From: an uncultured Acidobacteriota bacterium
GTDB lineage: Bacteria; Acidobacteriota; Thermoanaerobaculia; Multivoradales; UBA5704
Direction of reading: 5' to 3'
NCBI GenBank assembly: GCA_963770895.1
Contig: CAVYRF010000001.1
Coordinates: 160,001 to 224,000 of the forward strand
Length of the DNA stretch: 64,000 nucleotides
Part shown: positions 44,152 through 53,954 of the stretch, piece after piece
How positions within the stretch are numbered: the stretch's first letter is position 1
Layout: each line of letters opens with the position of its first letter
The notes under the pieces: model-generated
Database searches by the model: none
What the model was told of the DNA's origin: nothing
What the model saw: only the letters and a program-made list of their open reading frames with translations
Made by a program: the position numbers and the translations under genes

Positions 44152-44342
44152 GGACGCAACGCCGCGCGCGGCCTGGGCGGCAAGAGCTGGGGCTGGCTCG
44201 GGCACTGGCACTCTCCGCGCACCACGCGTACAGCAACCCGCGGCGCGGCGTCGATGCATTCTAAAGCATCGCACGCGCGGCGGCGATCCGCCGGCACCTG
44301 CAATCGACACCACCGTGGGCTGGAAAGGGGGGGCGGATGTCA

Positions 44343-45329
44343 CTAGTCAGACAGCGATCGCCACAGGTGGATGGCGGCGTAGGCGCGGTAGGGGCGCCAG
44401 GCTTCGGCCAGGGCGGCGACCTGGGCGGCGGTGGGGTGGGCCAGGGCTTTGAGGATGCCGAGATCCGCGGCGGGGAAGGCGTCGGCGTCGCCCAGGGCGC
44501 GCATGCGCAGGTAGGAGGCGGTCCAGGGGCCGATCCCCGGCAGCGCCACGAGGGCCGCCTGCGCCGCCTCGGGGCTGGCGGTGCGCAGGCGCGGCCAGTC
44601 CAGGGTGCCGTCGCAGGTGGCGGTGGCGACCGCGATCAGCGCCCCCACCTTGGCGCGGGTCAGCCCCAGCGCCGCCAGGTCGGCGGGCGGCGCGGCGGCC
44701 AGGGTCTGCGGCAGCGGGAAGGCGAACAGTCCGGCGCCGCCAGGCAGGGGGTCTCCCAGCCGCCGGTTGATGCGGTCGACCACCGTGCGCGCGCCGGCCA
44801 CGCTGACCTGCTGGCCGACGATCGCCCGCACCGCCGCCTCGAAGGGGTCCGGCAGCTGCGGCAGGCGCAGGCCCGGCGAGCGCGCCACCAGCGGCCCCAG
44901 CAGACGGTCGCGGCGCGCCGTGCGCAGGAAGGCGGCCAGGTCGGTGTCCAGGTCGAACATGCGCCGCGCCAGCCGCCGCACCGCGGCGGCGGTGAGGGTG
45001 GGCTTGCCGGGATCGCCATGGCCGGGGGTGGCGCCGGTGGCGGTGGCGCCGGGGAACGCCGGCGCCGCCATCACCGCCAACCAGTGCGAGCCGTCGCGGC
45101 GGCGCATGGGGCGCACCGTCAGCACGGCCGCCGTGCCGTCCAGCCGCACCACCCGCGTCACCTCGCCGGCGGTGACGCGTTCGATCGACGGGGCGGCGCG
45201 GTCGGCAAGAAAGCCCAGCACCCAGTCCAGGTCGTACGGTTCGGGCAACGGCAGGCGCAGCGGCGGTGATGGCGGGCCAGCCGCCGCCGTCGCTGCATCG
45301 TCTTGCCGGGCGCGCCTCGCCGGCGTCAT
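44343..45329 (-). CDS. alkA: DNA-3-methyladenine glycosylase II
   Basis: AlkA_N PYDLDWVLGFL; RAIVGQQVS; LPGIGPWTA HhH; DAFPAADL; WRPYRAYA. Confidence 0.9.
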   Translation of the reverse strand: MTPARRARQDDAATAAAGPPSPPLRLPLPEPYDLDWVLGFLADRAAPSIERVTAGEVTRVVRLDGTAAVLTVRPMRRRDGSHWLAVMAAPAFPGATATGATPGHGDPGKPTLTAAAVRRLARRMFDLDTDLAAFLRTARRDRLLGPLVARSPGLRLPQLPDPFEAAVRAIVGQQVSVAGARTVVDRINRRLGDPLPGGAGLFAFPLPQTLAAAPPADLAALGLTRAKVGALIAVATATCDGTLDWPRLRTASPEAAQAALVALPGIGPWTASYLRMRALGDADAFPAADLGILKALAHPTAAQVAALAEAWRPYRAYAAIHLWRSLSD

Positions 45330-46480
45330 CGCCGCGAACGCTCGCCGGCCAGGAGCTGGCGCTTGCGCTCGGCACCCCAGCGGTAGCCGCCGGAATCGCC
45401 GTCGGCGCGCACCACGCGATGGCAGGGCACCACCAGGGCGACGCGGTTGGCGGCGCAGGCGCGCGCGACGGCGCGGGCGGCGGTGGGCGCGCCCAGGGCG
45501 GCGGCGACCTGGCCGTAGGAGCGGGTTTCGCCGGCGGGGATGCGCTGCAGCTCGCGCCAGACGCGCCATTCGAAGGCGGTGGCGCGGACGTCGAGCGGCA
45601 GGCTGTCGAGCGGCGCCGACGATGCCGACGCCGACGACGCCGACGACGATGGTGCCGACGACGCCGAGGAGGCCGAAGAGGTCGTGCCGCCGAGGGAGGC
45701 GAGAATGGCGCTCACCCACTCCGCCAGGGGGTCGCCGGGGCCGGCGGGCTCGAGGGTGGCTTCCGGGTAGTCGCGGCGCAGGTTGGCCGCCAGCTCCTGG
45801 TCGTCGTCGCCCAGGCGCACGGCGCAGATGCCGCGATCGGTCGCCGCGACCAGCACGCGGCCCAGCGGCGAGGGGGCGATGGCGTAGCGCACGTGGATGC
45901 CGCGTCCGCCGCGCTTGAAGGCGCCGGGGGTCATGCCGAGGCGGGCATTGGACTGCTCGTAGAGGCGGCTGCCGGCGCCGTAACCTGCTTCGTAGAGTGC
46001 GGTCGTCACGTCGTCTCCTTTTTTGAGTCGGGTCTTCAGGCGCTCGGCGCGCAGGCCCAGGACGTAGTCCTTGGGCGTCACGCCGAGCAGCCGCTTGAAG
46101 GTGCGCTGCAGGTGGTAGCGGCTGAGGCCCACCCGTTGTGCCAGGTTTTGCAGGGTCACCGTCTGGTCCAGGTGGCCGGCCAGGTAGGCGCGCGCCGCTT
46201 CGACGCGCCGCTCGGCGTCGCGCGGGCCGGCCTGGGCGGGGCGGCAGCGGCGGCAGGCGCGAAAACCGGCCGCTTCGGCCGCCGCGGGATCGCGGAAAAA
46301 CGCCACGCGGTCGCGCCGCGGCCGCCGCGAGGCGCAGGAGGGCCGGCAGTAGACGCCGGTCGAAGCGACGGCGTAGACGATCCTGCCGTCCCAGCCGCCG
46401 TCGCGTGCCGCCACCGCCGCCCAGGCGCGCTCCGCTTCCGCTCCCTGGAGCGCCGCTGCGAAGTGCTTGTGCTCTCTCAT
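45326..46480 (-). CDS. ada: Bifunctional transcriptional regulator / O6-methylguanine methyltransferase Ada
   Basis: CRPSC...FRACRRC Zn site, AraC-type HTH, PCHRV active site. Confidence 0.94.
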   Translation of the reverse strand: MREHKHFAAALQGAEAERAWAAVAARDGGWDGRIVYAVASTGVYCRPSCASRRPRRDRVAFFRDPAAAEAAGFRACRRCRPAQAGPRDAERRVEAARAYLAGHLDQTVTLQNLAQRVGLSRYHLQRTFKRLLGVTPKDYVLGLRAERLKTRLKKGDDVTTALYEAGYGAGSRLYEQSNARLGMTPGAFKRGGRGIHVRYAIAPSPLGRVLVAATDRGICAVRLGDDDQELAANLRRDYPEATLEPAGPGDPLAEWVSAILASLGGTTSSASSASSAPSSSASSASASSAPLDSLPLDVRATAFEWRVWRELQRIPAGETRSYGQVAAALGAPTAARAVARACAANRVALVVPCHRVVRADGDSGGYRWGAERKRQLLAGERSRR

Positions 46481-46547
46481 GGATGGCAATCTACTCGCCT
46501 GCCGGCGCGCGCGCCATCCGCATGTTGCTCTACAATCCCGATCCATC

Positions 46548-47342
46548 ATGCCGCGACGACGATCGGTCTGGCGCCTGCCCCTGCTGGCCGCCCTGGCGGC
46601 GCTGGCGGATGCCGGCGCGCTCAGCTCCGGCGGTCTTGGGCCGCCGCCGCCGGCCTCGCCCGGCGCCGCGCCGGGTGGGTCGCCGGCCGCGGCGTCCGGC
46701 GTGTCCGGCGCTTCGCCGGCTGCCGCGCGGCGCGAGCTGCGCTACCTGGCGCTGGGGGATTCGTACACCATCGGCGAATCGGTGGCCGTGGAAGGGCGCT
46801 GGCCGATGCAGCTGGCGGCGGCGCTGCGCCAGCGGGGCCTGGCGGTGGGGGAGCCCCAGATCGTGGCGCGCACCGGCTGGACGGTCGCCGAGCTGGACCA
46901 GGGCATCGCCGCCGCCGGCCCGCACGGCCTCTTCGATCTGGTGTCGCTGCTGATCGGCGTCAACGACCAGTATCGCGGCGGCCAGCCCGAACCCTACCGC
47001 GCTGCCTTCGCCGCCATGCTGGCGCGGGCCGTCGCCTTCGCTGGAGGCAACCCCGGCCGCGTCGTGGTGCTGTCGATTCCCGACTGGAGCGTGACGCCGT
47101 TTGCCACCGGCAGCGGCCGCGACCTGGCGGACATCGCCCATCAGATCCGCCTGTTCAACGACGTGAACCGCCAGGAGACCGTCCGCGCCGGCGCCCACTA
47201 CGTGGACATCACTCCCGTCTCGATGACCGCCCTGGGGCACCCCGCCCTGATCGCCGCCGACGGCCTGCACCCCTCCGCCGCCATGTACACCGAGTGGACG
47301 CGCCTGGCGCTGCCCGCGGCCGCTGCCGCGCTCGGCCGGTAG
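46548..47342 (+). CDS. SGNH/GDSL hydrolase
   Basis: LGDSYT, IGVND, DGLHPS. Confidence 0.9.
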   Translation: MPRRRSVWRLPLLAALAALADAGALSSGGLGPPPPASPGAAPGGSPAAASGVSGASPAAARRELRYLALGDSYTIGESVAVEGRWPMQLAAALRQRGLAVGEPQIVARTGWTVAELDQGIAAAGPHGLFDLVSLLIGVNDQYRGGQPEPYRAAFAAMLARAVAFAGGNPGRVVVLSIPDWSVTPFATGSGRDLADIAHQIRLFNDVNRQETVRAGAHYVDITPVSMTALGHPALIAADGLHPSAAMYTEWTRLALPAAAAALGR

Positions 47343-47354
47343 CCCCCCGCCTCG

Positions 47355-48587
47355 CTAATCGCGCGCCGGCAACGGCACGGCGGTGAGGACGCGGCCGGTC
47401 GAGGTGGTGGCGGCGCGGGGCAGGACGCGCGGCGCCACGGCGAGCGCGCCGACGGCGGCGGCGCGCGCCAGCAGGGCGCCGGCGCGGGTGCGAGCGAAGC
47501 CGGCGGCGCCCAGCAGGCCGGCCGACATGCGCGCGCGGGCGAGCGTCGCCGCGGTGGTCTGGCGGCGGCTGGCCGCCGTGCGGCAGGCCGGGGACGCGCA
47601 AGCGCCGGCGACGGCGCCGCCGCCGGTCTTGGCGGCGCGCCATCCGGTTGAGGCGACGGCGGCGTCGCCCAACGGGGACTGTGCGTCGTCGTCGCGGCGC
47701 AGCAGGACGGCGACCTGGAGCGCCAGGTCGCCGGGCAGCCGCAGGGCGGCGACGAGCTGGCGGGCCGGCGGCGCCAGCCGCGACAGCAGCGCGGCGACCC
47801 CGTGGTGCGCTTCGCCCGCCGCCGCGCTCGCGTTTTCGGTTGCGCCCGCGGTGCCCGCGGGTGCGGCAGACTTCACCGTGGCCGGCGGCGTGGTGGCGAG
47901 CGACAGGCGCGACAGCGCTTCGGCGGCGGCGAGACGGGCGATGTCGCAATCCGGTCCCTGGCCGGCCAGCAGGCGGTGCACGCCGATGCGCGTGGTGACG
48001 TCGATTTCATGCTCGGCCAGCAGGTCGTCGACCATCCAGGCCCCCTGCGCCGCCGCCTCCGGCCCGGCCGCGCCGTCGCGGCGCCCGGCCGCCGCCACGG
48101 CGCGCGGCTGCTCGGGGGAGGCGGCGGGGCGGGCGACGCCGTAGAAGAGCGCCGCGACCTGCGCCGCCAGCGTCGCGTCGGGGTCGAGGCGCAGCAGCCA
48201 TTGCCAGGTATCGAGCGCGCGGGCATAGGCGACGGCGTCGCCGCCCTGGCGCGGTTTGTACATCTGGCGGTGGGCCGCCAGGGAGCGATCGAACGTATCG
48301 CAGCGCGATGCGGCGTTGCGGCGCTGGCGCAAGCGCTGGCAGCGGATCGCCACCTGCAGGGCGGCGACCGCCAGGACGGCATCGTCGGCGCCGGTCAGGC
48401 ACACCGCACAGGGCCGGTTGCCGGCACGCGCCGCCAGCTCTTCCACCTGGCGGTCGAAGCTGGCCAGGTGGAAATCCGGCGATTGCCAATCCTGCGCGTG
48501 GAGCTGCAGCACAGGCATCCCCGGCGCGGGCATCGCGCCGCGCACCAGGATGTTCAGGGACGTCTTCACGCTCTCGGTTCCGACCAT
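47355..48587 (-). CDS. Hypothetical protein, DUF4202/HD-like with degenerate metal ligands
   Basis: AGGAGG RBS; ALDTWQWLLRLDPDATLAAQVAALF resembles DUF4202-type helices; low-complexity C-terminus. Confidence 0.5.
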   Translation of the reverse strand: MVGTESVKTSLNILVRGAMPAPGMPVLQLHAQDWQSPDFHLASFDRQVEELAARAGNRPCAVCLTGADDAVLAVAALQVAIRCQRLRQRRNAASRCDTFDRSLAAHRQMYKPRQGGDAVAYARALDTWQWLLRLDPDATLAAQVAALFYGVARPAASPEQPRAVAAAGRRDGAAGPEAAAQGAWMVDDLLAEHEIDVTTRIGVHRLLAGQGPDCDIARLAAAEALSRLSLATTPPATVKSAAPAGTAGATENASAAAGEAHHGVAALLSRLAPPARQLVAALRLPGDLALQVAVLLRRDDDAQSPLGDAAVASTGWRAAKTGGGAVAGACASPACRTAASRRQTTAATLARARMSAGLLGAAGFARTRAGALLARAAAVGALAVAPRVLPRAATTSTGRVLTAVPLPARD

Positions 48588-48649
48588 CTACACCTCCTGC
48601 GACCGCCGGAGGTCAATGCAAGCCGGCTGCCAGAACCGGAACCGTCAAG

Positions 48650-49276
<627 letters not shown>

Positions 49277-49299
49277 CGCGATCTCCTCCCGCTGCCCGC

Positions 49300-51954
49300 T
49301 TACTGCCGCTGGCGCAGGTTGGTATCCATCAGCTTGTAGATGCGCCGATATTCGTCGAGCCAGCTGGTGGCGCGGATGAAGCCGTGCGACTCGACGGGGA
49401 ACGGCGCGATCTCGAAGTTTTCTTTCTTGAGCTCGATCAAGCGCTCGACCAGGCGCACCGAATCCTGGAAGAACACGTTGTCGTCCACCATGCCGTGGCA
49501 GATCAGCAGCGGTTTGGTGAGGCCGGCGGCGAACTCGATGGGCGAGCTGCGCTCGTAGGCTTCGGGATCGAGCGTCGGGGTGTTGAGGATGGCGCCCGAA
49601 TAGGTGTCGTTGTAGTCCGCCCAATCGGTGACCGGGCGCAGCGCCGCGCCGGCGGCAAACAGGTCCGGGGTGCGGAACAGCGCCATCAGGGTGAGGAAGC
49701 CGCCGTAGGAGCCGCCGTACACGCCGACGCGGGTGCGGTCGACGCCCTTGTTGCGCGCCAGCCAGTCGATGCCGTCCGCCAGGTCCTCCAGCTCGGGGTG
49801 CCCCATCTGGCGGTAGATGGCGGTGCGCCAGTCGCGGCCGTAGCCGGCCGAGGCGCGATAGTCCATGTCGATCACGACGTAGCCGCGCTGGGTCAGGAAG
49901 CTGTGGAACATGAACTCGTGGAAGTAGTAGGACCACCCGTAATGGGCATCCTGCAGGTAGCCGGCGCCGTGGACGAAGACCACCGCGGGGCGGTGGCCGT
50001 CGGTGCCCGGCGCGCCTGCCGGCGGCGTGTAGACGCGGGCGTAGATGTTGCCGGCGCCGTGCGACGACGGGATCGGCAGGATCTCGGGCATGGTCCAGTG
50101 CTGCGCCAGAAACGCCGGGCTCACCGTGTCGGTGATGCGGCGCGCATCGGCGCCGGCCCGCGCGTCCTGCACGTACAGCTCGTCGTGGTGGGCGATGCTG
50201 GAGTGGGTCAGCAGCAGCTTCTTTTCGTCGGGGGACAGCTGGAACGCGGTCAGGCCGCCCAGGTGGCTGAGCTGCTCGGCATGGCCGCTGGCCACGTCCA
50301 CCCGCCAGACGTCGTGCTGGCCGGGGTGGCTGGCGTTGGCGGTGTAGTACAGCGCGCGGCCGTCGAAGCTGGGCACCGGCGACTCGATCTCGAAGTTGCC
50401 GCTGGTCAGCTGGCGCACGCTGCCGTCGCGGGCGGCCATGGCGAACAGGTGGTTGTGGCCGGTCACCTCTTCGCTGTCGAAGTACAGCGTCTCGTTGTCC
50501 GCCAGCCAGCCGATGTCGTGGTTGGCCCAATTGATCCAGGCGCTGTCGGTGTCGCGGTGGCGCGGCACCAGGCGCGCGCCGTCGAAGTCCAGGGTGGCGA
50601 TCCACATGTCCTTGTTGTCGTTGGCCTGCACCTCGACGGCGGCGTGGCGCCCGTCGTCGCTCCATACGGCGTCGACCACGGTGACGGCGCGCACCGCCGG
50701 CGAGACGGTCTTGTCGACGCCCTTGCCGTCGCCCTTGTCGCCGTCCTTGTCTCTGTCCTTGGCGCCGTCGTGATCGCGCTGCCGGTCGCCGCGGCGCGCG
50801 GCGGGCGTGTCGACGCCCGGTTCGGCGTCGCCGCCGGAACCGGCGCCGGCCGCGGCGGCGGCGCGCTGCGCCTTGGCGCGGGCGGCGGCAGCGTCGCGCA
50901 TGGCCTTGAGCGGGTCGTCCTTGATGCCCGGCAGCGCCCCCAGGTCGAGATCGTGGCGCTGGTGATAGCGCAGGTCGAGCAGCACCAGGCTGTCGCCGCT
51001 GCCGTCGTCCGTGCCCACCAGCGGCCGGTCGTCCTTGGCTTCGACGTAGCCCTCCTCGTTGACCCAGTGCGGAATGACCGCGATCTTGCCGTCCTTGGCG
51101 TCCTTGGGCCGCGTCACCAGCAGCAGCCAATTGCCGTCGGGCGCCAGGAACGAATCGGCGATCTTGACCTTGTCGCCCAGGTACCAGGGCAGGCCCCCCC
51201 GCGTCGGATCGGCCTTTTGCAGGGCCTGGTCGCGCTCGCGCCTGGCTTTCTTTTCCTCGCGATCGTGGCGCACCGTGTCGAACAGGCGCAGGTTTTCGCT
51301 GCGCAGGAAGTCGGCCGGTTCCTCCGCCGCCGGGTCCTTGGCGAGGCGCACGTCGGCCGCCACTTCGATGCGGCCCGACGCCAGGTCGTAGGCGAAGAAG
51401 CGGTTGCCTTCGCGAAACGAGACGGCGTGGTCGCCGGTCATGAACCGCACGCGGCTCTTGGGTTCGGGGGTGCGGGTGAGCTGGCGCACGGCGCCGGTCG
51501 TCATGTCCTTGACGAACACGTCGCCCGCGTGGACGTAGGCCCGCCACCGGCGATCGCGCGACCAGGCGCCCTCGGGGCCGTCGACGGTTCCCATCTCGGC
51601 GTCCGGTACCAGGTGGGCCGAGCGCTCGGCGAGGCTGCGCCGGTAGAGATCGCGCAGCTCGCTGCCCTGGCGCTTGATCAGGTAGTACACGCTGCGCCCG
51701 TCGGCGGACCAATAGCCCTGTTCCGGCGCGTTGCCGATCCAATCCGGGTCGGCCATGATCGTTTCCAGGGTGACGCCGGAGCTGCCGCCGGCATCGACGT
51801 CGGCGGCGTCTCCCGCTGCCGCGGCGGCGGGCGACGCCAGCATGGGGACGGCGAGCAAGGCGGCGGCCGCCAGCGCCAGTGCCGGCAGGGAAGGCGGTGC
51901 CTGCAGCGGGGCGGCGCCGGCCGCTGCGGCCTGGCGCCAGAGCTTGTGGAGCAT
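49300..51954 (-). CDS. S9 family (dipeptidyl-peptidase IV-like) peptidase
   Basis: Beta-propeller region; GGSYGG nucleophile, DDNV, ESHGF triad; signal peptide. Confidence 0.92.
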   Translation of the reverse strand: MLHKLWRQAAAAGAAPLQAPPSLPALALAAAALLAVPMLASPAAAAAGDAADVDAGGSSGVTLETIMADPDWIGNAPEQGYWSADGRSVYYLIKRQGSELRDLYRRSLAERSAHLVPDAEMGTVDGPEGAWSRDRRWRAYVHAGDVFVKDMTTGAVRQLTRTPEPKSRVRFMTGDHAVSFREGNRFFAYDLASGRIEVAADVRLAKDPAAEEPADFLRSENLRLFDTVRHDREEKKARRERDQALQKADPTRGGLPWYLGDKVKIADSFLAPDGNWLLLVTRPKDAKDGKIAVIPHWVNEEGYVEAKDDRPLVGTDDGSGDSLVLLDLRYHQRHDLDLGALPGIKDDPLKAMRDAAAARAKAQRAAAAAGAGSGGDAEPGVDTPAARRGDRQRDHDGAKDRDKDGDKGDGKGVDKTVSPAVRAVTVVDAVWSDDGRHAAVEVQANDNKDMWIATLDFDGARLVPRHRDTDSAWINWANHDIGWLADNETLYFDSEEVTGHNHLFAMAARDGSVRQLTSGNFEIESPVPSFDGRALYYTANASHPGQHDVWRVDVASGHAEQLSHLGGLTAFQLSPDEKKLLLTHSSIAHHDELYVQDARAGADARRITDTVSPAFLAQHWTMPEILPIPSSHGAGNIYARVYTPPAGAPGTDGHRPAVVFVHGAGYLQDAHYGWSYYFHEFMFHSFLTQRGYVVIDMDYRASAGYGRDWRTAIYRQMGHPELEDLADGIDWLARNKGVDRTRVGVYGGSYGGFLTLMALFRTPDLFAAGAALRPVTDWADYNDTYSGAILNTPTLDPEAYERSSPIEFAAGLTKPLLICHGMVDDNVFFQDSVRLVERLIELKKENFEIAPFPVESHGFIRATSWLDEYRRIYKLMDTNLRQRQ

Positions 51955-51969
51955 GCGTCTCCTTTCGAG

Positions 51970-53262
51970 CTAGTGCGCTGCGGCGGCCGCGGGGGGCGCG
52001 CCGAAGCGGTCCAAGATCCAATGGGTCACGATGTCGAGCACCTCGGGTGACATCGTCTGCTCGATCGTGGCGTATTCGTCGGGACTGCCGGTACCGGCGT
52101 CCTGGAACATGTGGTTGAGCCCCTTCAAGTTGCGGATCGTGACGTCCTTGTCGCCGGCGTCGCGCAGGGCGTGGGCGATGGCCGGCATGTTTTCGTCGGC
52201 GACCACCTGCATGTCCTTGTCGCCGAACAGCGCCAGCACCGGCACGTGCACCTTGCGCAACGCGGGCTGCGGGTCGTAGCCGACGAAGAAACGATACCAG
52301 GGGGTCGCCATGGTCCTGGCGCTGCTGTCGATCACCGCCTCGGCGTCGCCGCCCAGGGCGGCGATGTCGGCCGGCGTCGCCATCTTGAGCCCTTCGCGCA
52401 GCAGCGGGCGCAGCAGGTCGCGCCGCACCGGCTCGCTCTTTTCTTCGCGCACGATGGCCAGGATGTGGCGTTCCAGCTCCAGGCGCTGGCGCACCACCTC
52501 GTCGGGCACGTGGGCGGCGAGCAGCAGCGCCTGCGTCTGGTGCATCAGGATCGCTTCGCCCGGCAGGCCGGTGCCGGCGAGCAGCACCACGAAAGCCACG
52601 TCGCGCGAGCGGCTGGCGGCGAGCGGCGCCACGACGCCGCCCTCGCTGTGGCCGATCAGGCCGATGCGGCCCTTGGCGATCTCGGGCTGGGTGGCCAGGA
52701 AGCGCACGCCGGCCAGCGCGTCGCCGGCAAAGTCTTCGTCGGTCGCCTGGTCGTTGACGCCCGTCGAACCGCCGACGCCGCGGTCGTCCACCCGCAGCAC
52801 GGCGATGCCGGCGCGCGTCAGGCGATCCGCCAGGATCAGGAACGGCCGGTGGCCGAACATCTCTTCGTCGCGGTTCTGCGCGCCGCTGCCCGAGATCAAC
52901 ACCGCCGCCACGAACGGCCCAGGCCCGGCGGGCAGGGTCAGCGACCCCGCCAGGTGGATGGTGCCGCTCTGGTAGCCCACCTCGCGCACCACGTACGGGT
53001 ACGGCAGCCGCGGCTCCTGCGGCCGCGCCGGCGCTGGAGCCGCAGCTGGCGCGAGGGCCGGGGCCGGGGGCTGCGCGCCGGCCGGCTCCGCCGCCGCCGG
53101 CATTGCCGCCAGCAGGCCGGCGGTCAGCAGGCGCGCGGCCAGCAGGCGAGCGGCCGGCAGCCAGGCCGGCGCGGAGTGCCGCGGCACGCGTGGCGCGCAT
53201 GCCGGGAGCAGCCAGCGGGAGCGGATCTGCGCAGGGGTGATCATCGGGTCGGCGCTCGACAT
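51970..53262 (-). CDS. Secreted alpha/beta hydrolase
   Basis: ISGSGAQNRDE, DDRGVGGS, GHSEG, KDMQV, LNHMFQ. Confidence 0.88.
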   Translation of the reverse strand: MSSADPMITPAQIRSRWLLPACAPRVPRHSAPAWLPAARLLAARLLTAGLLAAMPAAAEPAGAQPPAPALAPAAAPAPARPQEPRLPYPYVVREVGYQSGTIHLAGSLTLPAGPGPFVAAVLISGSGAQNRDEEMFGHRPFLILADRLTRAGIAVLRVDDRGVGGSTGVNDQATDEDFAGDALAGVRFLATQPEIAKGRIGLIGHSEGGVVAPLAASRSRDVAFVVLLAGTGLPGEAILMHQTQALLLAAHVPDEVVRQRLELERHILAIVREEKSEPVRRDLLRPLLREGLKMATPADIAALGGDAEAVIDSSARTMATPWYRFFVGYDPQPALRKVHVPVLALFGDKDMQVVADENMPAIAHALRDAGDKDVTIRNLKGLNHMFQDAGTGSPDEYATIEQTMSPEVLDIVTHWILDRFGAPPAAAAAH

Positions 53263-53362
53263 TACTACAGGATCGGCCGGCCGTCCTGGGCATCCTGGAG
53301 CCGCGGAGCCGCGGCACGCCCCGCCTCGGGACGGCGTTGCCGCCGCTCGCTGCTCTGCACTG

Positions 53363-53875
53363 CTAGGTGACCGGCGGCGGGGTGGCGGGCGGCGAGGTTA
53401 GCGGGGTGGTCAGGGATTTGGACATCTCGATGAAGTGACAGGGGATCTTGAGCGGCGTGCCGGGCGGAAAGTGCGAGATGGCGCCGGTTTCGACGTAGCC
53501 GCGGCGGCGATAGAAGTCTGCCAGGCCCTGCCGTACGTTGACGATGCGCAGGTCGATGGCGCGGCAGCCGGCGGCCAGGGCGTGTGCTTCGGCCGCCGCC
53601 ATCAGCTGCGATCCGACGCCGCCGCGCCGGAGCCGGCGGTCCACGGACAGCAGGCCCAGGTAGAGGCGCTCGCCGCGCGGCTCGAGGTGGACGCAGCCGG
53701 CCGGGACGCCGTCGTCGTCGCACGCCAGCAGGAAGGTGCCGGAGGCGAGCAGGCCGCGCACCGTGTCCTGGTCGATGCGGTCGCCGTCGATGAAGAAGCG
53801 TTCGACGCGAAACGCTTCGTTGATCAGCGCGGTGATCTGCGCCGCGTCGGCAGGGCCGGCGATGCTCAGGTGCAT
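53363..53875 (-). CDS. GNAT N-acetyltransferase
   Basis: LSVDRRLRRGGVG, FYRRRGYVETG. Confidence 0.85.
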   Translation of the reverse strand: MHLSIAGPADAAQITALINEAFRVERFFIDGDRIDQDTVRGLLASGTFLLACDDDGVPAGCVHLEPRGERLYLGLLSVDRRLRRGGVGSQLMAAAEAHALAAGCRAIDLRIVNVRQGLADFYRRRGYVETGAISHFPPGTPLKIPCHFIEMSKSLTTPLTSPPATPPPVT

Positions 53876-53954
53876 GGCGCCATCGTCAGCGGTCTTTGAG
53901 CGCGGCCGCGTGCCCGCTCTGCGTGGGGCGCCGTCGGCCGACGCACCGCTTCGG

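Noticed and set aside
49300-53262. S9 peptidase and hydrolase as RiPP leader-processing enzymes for the 40.5-kb peptide
   Set aside because: About 9 kb away in an unrelated operon and typical of widespread secreted DPP-IV-like enzymes; no evidence of linkage
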